Shown in pieces: positions 54,640 to 64,000 of a DNA stretch of 64,000 nt. Location of the stretch: positions 4,216,001-4,280,000 of the forward strand of contig NC_081396.1 in the NCBI RefSeq assembly GCF_030684315.1, in the 5' to 3' direction. Position numbers and translations under genes: made by a program. A model generated the notes under the pieces. That model was not told the DNA's origin. It searched no databases and saw nothing but the letters and a program-made list of their open reading frames with translations. Each line of letters opens with the position of its first letter. Position 1 is the stretch's first letter. Origin of the DNA: Stegostoma tigrinum. Its lineage: Eukaryota.

Positions 54640-55260
54640 TTGTCATGGCACATTCACTGATTTGGGTACATAGTCAGGGAGGATCCTCAGCCGATCGGAT
54701 GGCTTGGCAACTCTTTCCCAAATGCTGAACGTTGAATGGATTCTCCCCAGTATCAGTTCGCTGCTGTGTAATGAATTTACAAGACTGCCTGAATATCCTT
54801 CCACAGGTATGGCAGCAGAATTGTTTTCCTTCATTTTGAGATGGAACGTATGACAAGGGGAATGATGGACTTTAAACATTCCTTCCCACACATGAACCGG
54901 AAAAAATGACTTTACCAACATATAGCTGTGATGATGTTTTCCCAAAGAAGAAAGAATCGAATTCTGCAGTGCCCACATTCTCATGGATATTCTGTGGTGC
55001 TGGTCTCCTTATGAGTGTGATCATGATTTGTAAGCCTGGGTGGATAATTAAATACGCTGCCACAAATTTGACATCGCCACAGTTTCTTCATTTAGCTGGT
55101 GTTCTCTTGTGTCTGTCGTTTGAATGATCAGTTGAAGTCTCATATCCACACACTACACTTAGTTTTGTGTCAATGCAAATATTGCATTTGTTTTAATATC
55201 GACAATTGAAACCTTTCTCATATCCAGTGAGGTTGAAATCTGTCACTGAAATGCATATAT
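54640..55260 (-). pseudogene. Decayed tandem C2H2 zinc-finger gene
   Basis: Minus translations MKKLWRCQICGSVFNYPPRLTNHDHTHK (55091-55008) and FCCHTCGRIFRQSCKFITQQRTDTGENPF; stops and frameshifts in between. Confidence 0.8.
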
Positions 55261-55469
55261 GCCTCAGAGAATTTGCAGTCACACTGACCTTTGAACTGTT
55301 ATAACACAGACAGGGCAGGTAAATATTTCACATGTCATATTTAGTGATCAATTACAGTCAGGTCCAGATAATTCAGGCGATTGACAAATTTTAGTGCGTT
55401 GTTTTGTTTGCATTTCCCATCTGAAACTTGCAACACTCTAAAATGAGTTTAGCAAAGACAACAATATAA

Positions 55470-55655
55470 TGCTATGGCTGGAAGAACACAGGCAGCATCT
55501 TAGGAGCAAAAAAGCTGTCGTTCCAGGCGGAGAATGAAGGGTCCAGGCCCGAAACGTCAGCTTTTGGGCTCCGAAAATGCTGCTTGGCCTGCTCTGGTCA
55601 TACAGGACCACAATTCGTTATTTCGGATTCTGCAGCATCTGCAGTTCCCATTATG
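55470..55655. mobile_element. Palindromic Penelope-derived short element (degenerate)
   Basis: gcagcatcttaggagcaaaaaagctg / cagcttttgggctccgaaaatgctgc arms around atgaagggtccaggccccGAAACGTC. Confidence 0.75.
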
Positions 55656-55762
55656 TCGTGAGATAATACTAGTTTATTTCGGTTGAGATCCAAACTCATT
55701 CTAATTATTTCTTTCCTCAAATCTTAGTGTTTTCCCATCATATCCCATGTTTTGTTTCAATT

Positions 55763-57036
55763 CCATCCCCTATTCCCAATTCCTCCACCTCCGCCGCATC
55801 TGCTCCCAGGATGAGGCATTCCATTCCCGCACATCCCAGATGTCTACGTACTACAAAGACCACAACTTTCCCCCTGCGGTTGTCGAGAACACCCTAGACT
55901 GCGTCTCCTGCATTTCCCGCATTTCCCGCAACACATCCCTCACACACCGCCCCCGCCACAACCGGCCCAAGAGGATCCCCCTCCTGCTTACATACAACCC
56001 CACCAACCTCCGGATACAACACGTCATCCTCTGACACTTCCGTTATCTACAATCCGACCCCACCACACAAGCCATTTTTCCATCCCCACCCTTGTCTGCC
56101 TTCCAGAGAGACCACTCTCTCCGTGTCCCCCTTGTCTGCTCCACACTCCCCTTCAATCCCACCACACCCAGCACCTTCCTCTGCAAACGCAGGAAGTGCT
56201 ACACTAGCCCCGACACTTCCTCCCTCACCCCCATCCCAGGCCTCAAGATGACCTTCCATATTAAGCAGACGTTCACCTGCACATCTGTCAATCTGTTATA
56301 CTGTATCCATTGTACATGGTGTGGCATCCTCTACATTGGGTAAACAAAGCTGAGGATTGGGAACCACTTTGCAGAACGCCTCCGCTCATTTCGCAATAAA
56401 TAACTGCACCTCAGAGTCGCGAACCATTTTAACTCCCCCTCCCGTTCCTCAGACGAAATGTCCACCATGGGCCTTCTGCGGTGTCACAATGCTGCCACCC
56501 GAAGGTTACAAGAACAGCAACTCATATTCTGCTTGGGAACCCTGCAGCCCAATGGTATCAATGTGGACTTCACAAGCTTCAAAATCTTCCCTTCCCCCAC
56601 TGCATCCCTAAACCAGCCCAGTTCTTCCCCTCCCCCCACTGCATCATAAAACCAGCCCAGCTGGTTCCTTCCATCCACTGCATCTCAAAATCAGACCAGC
56701 CTGTCTCCGCTTCACTCACCTGTTCTTCCTCTCACCCAGCCCTTCCTCCCACCTCAGAACGCACCTCTATTTCCTACCTGCTACCTCATCCGACCTTCTT
56801 GACCGGTCTGTCTAACCCGTACTCACCTTTCCCATCCCTGACTCTCCACCTCTACTCTCCTCTCTACCTATCTTATTTTCTCTCCATCTTCGGTCTGCCT
56901 TCCCCCTCTCCCTATTTATTCCAGAACCCTCTCCCCATCCCCCTCTCTGATGAAGAGTCTGGGCCCGAAACGTCAGCTTTTGTGCTCCTGAGATGCTGCT
57001 TGGCCTGTTGAGTTCATCCAGCTTCACACTTTGTTA
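55763..57036 (+). mobile_element. 5'-truncated Penelope-like retroelement (RT thumb, GIY-YIG endonuclease, pLTR with hammerhead core)
   Basis: IPYSQFLHLRRICS; FTCTSVNLLYCIHCTWCGILYIG; QEQQLIFCLGTLQPNGIN; CTGATGA 56947-56953 ..GAAACGTC 56967-56974; possible imperfect TSD TTTTGTTTCAATTC / TTTTGTTTTCATTC. Confidence 0.92.
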
Positions 57037-60000
57037 TTTTGTTTTCATTCTGCAACTTGTGGACAGAAAGAAAAATAAATCAATGAGCAAATGATTTTCT
57101 TGTCAGTTCACTGACATCTTAATTGTCTCTTCTCCAGCTCTGCAAACGGACACATTCAAATGGCACAATTTACAAAATGTTTCTTTTTTATTTTCTGTAT
57201 GCCCCTCTCACTACCTGTTCCTATTTTCACAGCACATAGTCTAAACTCAGAGTCGGGTGTCTCAGATTGCAGTTCGGAAACTCGCGCGGTTGCACCGGCT
57301 GTCACAAAGTCATCATGTTGTCATGGAAATGACATTTGACGTTGTTCTCAAACAGGATAGCTGCCAGTTAGCCCCCTGGGCGATACACGTGACCTAGGAC
57401 CCACTGATCCTGGTTCTTTGGCCTCAACCAAATGTTTCCAGGCTTACTTCCTTTGACAAACTCTATCAGTGGAAGCAGTGGATCTTGTCGTTCAGGCCCA
57501 ATGAACTCCCCAGGATATTACTGAAACTTCCCACTTACCTGGATAATGCCATTCATCCACAAAATTCGGGCGCATGATCTGCAACCCTCTGCGCATACTC
57601 CAGTTCACTGTGGGGCTTGGATGATTGATGGCAGCTCCATGCCAAGAGGAAGACCACAGAAGGAAGAGGCCTGAGGGCCAAAGGCTGTTTTGAAACCAAT
57701 CGGGTGCATGAAGGGTGAAGCTGAGCCTGTGTATCGTTCATTGATTTTAATTTTGCCTCATTTGGAGACCTAATTTGCCTGACACTGCATGATAAAATTG
57801 GATCATTCTGTTCGTGGATTTAAAAAGGTGAATGCCGGTGGGGTTGAAGCTAGAATTTCCACAAATGTTATTGAAATGAGGGAACAGAGCGAAATAATTT
57901 ACAAAGAATTAGAATATTGCCTAGAAGAAATAAGCACATAGATAACATTGTTACATCATTCCAACAGAAGTCAAAAATCCAGAAGCAGAAATTGTGCAAA
58001 TTGTCGTGTCAGCGAGATACAGACAAAAGATCGATGAAGTGGGGATTTTCGTTCTGATTTCAAGTGCTGCGGACGAAAGAGCTTTTGCACAATCAGTGTT
58101 ACCTTAATTAGCACTGATATATTTTATCAATGCAAGCTTGCTGAAAACAATTTAAACAATTGATGCTTTGTGCGTTGTCATTGATACAATATAAGGTGAG
58201 TGCTCTTTTTTTCCATCTAGTTTACCTTTCGAGCAGAGCAGCACCGTGACAGAATCTTCAAAAGTCAGATCTGAAGAACATGTTTTAATGGATGAGACTT
58301 GCTCATTTCAACAAGGCAGGCATGAATAGTTTTTTTTAGTAAAATTAAAAATAAAATAAACGAACTGCGATGCTTCTCATCTGTCAGAAATGATCCATTA
58401 ACAAAATTCCCAGCACACCTGAGAGACCATTCAGTGCTGTGCTGTATTTGAGACATCGTGAAATCGAACACAGTCAGTGCCAGTCGAGGAAAAAATAATT
58501 GAAAAAGTGAATAAGAATTATATCCTTAATAAGAATGTTGAACTTTGCATGAGCGCTGACTGTGAAAGCTACAGAATGTATACTATGAAAAGTGAATGAT
58601 ATTTTATTTTCGAGATCAACTAATTTAACAAGCTGCCGTTGTATGTTGTTTGTCTATGTCAACGCCAAATGGTCGGGATGATTGGTAAGATCAATTACTG
58701 AAAGGCCAGGTAGAAACATTGAGGCCAATTATATCCAAATCATCACACCACCTCCCCGGCCACACCCCAAACAACAGCCCAAAGACAAGAGAGACATTTG
58801 TCATTTTGAACAAAAATGGAGTGCAATGCCAAACTCACATGCAGCTTGATATTGCAAAGAGCGATCACAGATGATTAGTGCAATTTAGCTCACTGTTCTT
58901 CTATTGTCTCTGTTATGCCTTTATGTCTGAATTCAATTAAATGACTCTTTCCTTTTCTTTGTTCGCTGGTCGTGTTTCATCGCTTTCGAAATTGTCATGC
59001 CATCAATGAACAGCTAACGCCAAATTGAAATAGTTTGAAATTTCTCTCTTACCATCTGCTGTTAATGTCAGTCCGGAAAATGTGTTCAAATTTTATAATA
59101 TTGAACGATTCGTTGATCACTTCAGATCGCAGATTATTTGCAACAGTCATTATCCATTCAACATCCTGGCTGAGAAATATATCACCACCCTTCATTGTTA
59201 TAGAGTTGTAATCCTGGAAATCTTTCTTGAATGGCATTGAGGGTCGACCTGCAACATTTGTCCACCAGCTGTCAAAGAAGGCAGAAAGCACCATCATCCG
59301 AAGGTGCAACGAGAGACGGGCAATAGATGCTGACCCTGCCAGCTCCATCGAGCTTCCAAAACTGCATTGAAAAAAAAAATAATCAATGTGCTCTGATAAC
59401 AGAGAATGGTGAGAAGTTGTACAGAAACAAAAATTGTGACAGATTCACCAGGACTCTAGGGATATGTCTCATTTGGATCAGTGACGAGTGGAGAGACAGA
59501 GAAAGTATAATTTCCGCAGCAACGGGATGTTTGACTACTTACCATCATAGAGTTTCAGAGCAATGAATTAATTGTCATATGCATTGGAGCCACAGTTCTG
59601 AATACTGGTTTCGGAGCATTGTGATATGTTTACTTAATATGGAAAACCGAGGTAATGTGAGTGAGTAAAGCTGGCAGAAGAACAATCGTCTTATCGAATG
59701 AGAGAGCTGTAAAATCTAGATTTGCAAGTAAAGAATGATATATGTTTTTCGATTATAGAGGTAGGGAGTGAAAAACATCAAAATGGACGAATAGAGGGGC
59801 AAATACTGAAAAAAAACAAGACAGCGACGAAGTGAGAGAGAGAGAGAGAGGAACAGTACTTAACTTATTTCCTCAACAGTAGATGAGATGAATTTGTTCA
59901 GAAATTTTGAAGCCTTCAGCAAGATAAAGATCTGCTCTGGCAGAGACTGATATTAATGCATCAAAAACATTCAGATTTTGAAGATGTAACTTTCCAGAAT

Positions 60001-61699
60001 TTAATAGAAAAGAACAGGAGACATGGAAGAATTATATGGCCATTTCGTACGTCGAGTCGTCTCTACCATTCGAGAATGGTCTAAAATGAAACATTCCAAC
60101 ATTTTTCATTTGTCTCAGTTATAATGCGGTCAACTACAGTGACCCGTGGAAATTGGAAAAAAAAATACTCCTTTGCAAAGTATAAACGTTTCCACTTTCA
60201 AACTACAGAATGTTAGCGCACGAAAGGAGATCACTGTACCTGTTGTACCTTCGCCAGGAACCAATAAGACTGACTGAGCTATCTCCATCGCCAACTGAAC
60301 TCATCACTTTCAAAAGTATCCCCATTTCTCTTTCTTATTGAACCTCCAAAGGAATCCGCCTCCCCGAAATACACTCGACAGCATATTCCAAATCCTAACA
60401 ACTCTCTGAGTTAAAAAAAACCCCTCGTTCTCTTGCTGACAATTTTGCAACTATGAGCCATGATTACTCAACTGCTATCCTCAGAGTTTGAGAGCAATGC
60501 ATCTGTCAACGTTTTTCTCTGTTCAGTAGTTCATTTGGACTACCGATGAACATGTGTTTTTTTTGTAATGTAGCTGCTTAAAGCCCTGTATATTTTGATT
60601 CTGAAAACTCGTGATAATTTCTAATGGAATCGCAAAGGAGGAGAAGAGCTTTTTTTAAAAAAGCAGAATCAGAAGCGTTCTTTTCCTTTCTCTTACTCTG
60701 TTCCTTATAATTTTTGCACTTCCTCACTTCGTCTATTTTTCTCCATCTCTTCCTGGGTGCCAAATGTTCTCTTTGAGAAAACTGTATTGACCGTGGCAGG
60801 GATTGTTCTGCCGATTCATGTCTCACAGAACATTGCTGCCCCTATCATTCTCAGTATTTATAACTGCTGTCATTTATTCTGTTTTTTTTCGGATATTGCT
60901 GCATGTTGACTGATCAAAGATGTCTTTCAGCATCGGTTGACCTGTTACTTTTAATGTAATTGCAGACCAGAAACTGCCGTTTTCAACTTCCAGTGTGACA
61001 CGGACTGAAATGCACTCTTCATGAAGAGATTTACTCCCAAAACTGTTATAATCCAATCATTGACAATTTGTACATGCAGTCTGCACAACTTGTTTCATGG
61101 TGAATATTCTGCTCAAAACACTCTTGCTCATCTGTGCATCTGACAGAATTAACAGTAAGAAACATTCTGATGCCAGGCATATTGAAGATAATCTGCTCCC
61201 AACTCCCTATGTTCTCTGCCCTTCTTCTTCGGAGTTACATTTGATTGCATGCGATCGCAACACACAGTTCTTTGACAAGACCAGAGGAGATCATGTCAGC
61301 AACTGTCATCAGAGAGTGCTCAGGGAATAACAATGCATTCTTTCTCAGACCATGAAAAAGTTGTTGCAGTTTGCTGAAATAAACCAGAATAAGCATGCAT
61401 TTCAGTTAAGATTAAGAAAACAAAGCTTTTTAGACAAGGAAGTCTTTTTTATTTAAATTGCCTTCCTCTGCACTTTTTCTGAAGCGTCGAGCATGCATTT
61501 CCTACTCTTGTTCAATAATTTCTTCAAGCAATCAGACTTAGGACGAAATAGTTTAATATATGTTAAGAGCTGGTCCAGAGAACACGACGTCAGCCGCCTT
61601 CATGCCTCCATTTAGCAACATAATTGCTAATGCATGTATGCTTCAAGTTCCACAAACTCATTTACGAGTAATAGCTTTTTTTGTTTTTGTGTCACTTAG

Positions 61700-62790
61700 A
61701 TTTTACTAAAGACTTTAGCATGCATTTCAGATTGAACTTGCCATTTGCGTACATAGTTAGCTTAACTGCAGAAAATGGCATTAGTAGCAGATCTTTTATT
61801 TCGGCCTCGAGGTTTGTGAATGGCAGTGTTCCACAGGGTTTGGGATCGGGTCTTCTTTTGGTTGTCATTGATAAAATGATTTGTATGAGAAATATAGAAG
61901 GCACAGTAAGTAAGTTTGTGGATGACATGAAATTTGTTGTTTTTTGTGGACAGTGAAGAAGGCTTTCGAATATCACAAAGGGAGCTTGATAAAATGGATC
62001 AATGGGCTGAAAATGACAGATAGAGTTTAGTCTATATGTGTGTGAGGTATGGTGTTTCGTTACAACAAACAAGGACATAGCTGATACAATGAATTTTCGG
62101 ACAATATCGGGGAGAAATCTCGGTGACCAGACACGTAATTCGTGAAAGTTTATGTCACATGCACAAGGATCATTTAAAAAAGCATTTGGCACACTTGCCG
62201 TCATTATTTATTCCTTTGAACATAGGGTTTGAGATGTTGTACTGGACATTGGTGAGGCCCCTGCTGGAAAAAGGTCCCCAGTTCTGGTCACCCAGTGATA
62301 AGAGGATCTTCTGAAACTGGTGAGGCTTGAGAAGAGATTCATCAGGATGTTGCCGGGTGTGGATTTTTTATCATTATTATTATTCACTGGAGGAGAGGAG
62401 GTTGAAATGTGCCATAATAGAAGCTCGTAAAATAATGAGAGGCAAGGGCAGAGTCTTTGGCAGTTCTCATTGCCAAAAGAAGTGGAATTTGGAGACGAGG
62501 CAGCATACTTTCAAAGTGAGACGGGAGATACTTTAAAAAAAAAGTCATGAAGCTTTTTTTTAAACACGAACTTGTTCTCATGTGGAATGAAATTCTGAAT
62601 AAAGTGGTGAATGAGGATCCAATTACAACGCTTAAAATACATTTGGATGGGGATGTAAACAAGAAAGTTTCGAAGAGATATGGTGCAGGAGCAGGAAGGT
62701 GGGACTCGTTCAGCTTGGAATTATTTATGACATGGATTGGCTGGGCCGGAGGGTCTATTTCCATGCTTTATGCTGTACTAATCTATGAGT
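61700..62790 (+). mobile_element. Decayed CR1
   Basis: SVPQGLGSGLLL..VSKFVDDMK; LYWTLVRPLLEKGPQFWSP. Confidence 0.85.
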
Positions 62791-64000
62791 CTCCAGAGCA
62801 AAAAAGCATCTGCCTTCCTACTTCTTTGAGCATTTAATGTTCCTTCCACTACTGTCTTCTGAATCAATGTTCCAAAGTTGAACAACTACCTAGTCTCACT
62901 GCTAAGCAATAGCTGCCAATTTGAAAACCATTGTCCATATTTGTGGATTGATGAAGCAGACAAAATATGCTTTTTGTGCAACACTTATCAAGAGCATCCT
63001 GGAATGTGCAAACTTAAATCAAGTCACTGCTCATTTGTACCAGCTTCATTCCAACCTGTCTTGATCAGACACTCCACTTTGTGAAGGTCAAAATCTTTCC
63101 TGCAGCATTTATACTTACATCCGATGTTAAAGCTGAACGCCAAGCTCCACACAGCTTGTGTGTCATAGCATCATCAATGCCCTCTAGAATTAAAGCACAT
63201 CATTGTTACCTTTCTGTTCAACTCATCTGGCAACAAAGAATAGCATCTCATTTGCCTTCTTGCCAGCTATATGTGCCAGAATACTGACTTTTTGTGATTC
63301 GTGCACATGAACAATTAAATTCTTCTGAAACGACGCAGTTGTTCTCAGTTTTGTAACTTCCGGGTGTTTTCAAATCTTATATTGTTGCACATTTTGCTAT
63401 TGTCTGCAAACTTAACGACAATAACTTCCTTCAGCTCACCAACGTCATTTATTTATATTTTCAATATTTGAGCGTCCAACAAAGTCAGATTCAGCTTGCC
63501 ACATCATTCCAATTCGGAAAATAAATGCCCCCTGATGATTTGCTATATCTTCCTCCGTCAGCCAATCTTGTATTCAACATAGTATCCATTTTCAACTGCA
63601 AAAACTTTGATTTACCGCGACAAACATGACAATAACCTTTGAATGTCGAAGTGCAGTAGCCTTTAGGTTGTCCTTTTCTTCACTATTCATTTTGCTTCTT
63701 CATGAAGTCCAACAAATTGGTTAAACATCATCTCCCATTGAAGAAGCCACGGTGAGCCTTCCCAAGTACTATGGATATTGTCCAACGGCTCAGTGAGAAC
63801 AAAATGGAGAAATGCAGGTGCTGGACATCTGAATCATATACATAGAATAAAAGAGAAACTTAGCATGCCTGGCTGAATTTGTGGGGAGAAAGCAGAATTA
63901 GCAATTCAAGTCTTGTGGCTATTCAGTAAACTGAGCTTTGGGAAAGAATAAATCGACCGGAAAATTTAACATCGCTTTCCACCAACAAATTCACGAAAGC

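Noticed and set aside
1-64000. Prokaryotic systems (CRISPR, retron, DGR) suggested by the RT ORFs and repeats
   Set aside because: The RTs are CR1/LINE/Penelope types in vertebrate DNA; there are no regularly spaced repeat-spacer arrays

Overview
Vertebrate (cartilaginous fish) genomic DNA. The IgM-type V/C sequences and repeat families suggest a carpet shark, but the species is an inference. The window holds one complete, germline (unrearranged) IgM heavy-chain minilocus on the + strand: leader-VH-D1-D2-JH-Cmu1-Cmu2-Cmu3-Cmu4/secretory tail-TM1-TM2, spanning 31414-52329 (about 21 kb), with RSSs in the 23|12-22|12-12|23 arrangement. All coding exons are open and splice in phase. The exception is the expected TM1 splice acceptor, which reads CG instead of AG and may compromise the membrane (BCR) form. 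The rest is mostly transposon-derived: young and old CR1 LINEs, a second decayed LINE family, tRNA-derived SINEs and a Penelope-like element. There is also a family of about 200 bp palindromic Penelope-derived insertions that carry hammerhead-ribozyme cores and 12-15 bp target-site duplications. Other items are an old duplication of about 3.5 kb upstream of the cluster, a long inverted repeat just past TM2, a decayed C2H2 zinc-finger gene downstream, a (TG)23(CG)8 Z-DNA-prone tract near the VH promoter and a 178-N gap. Boundaries of decayed repeats are approximate.
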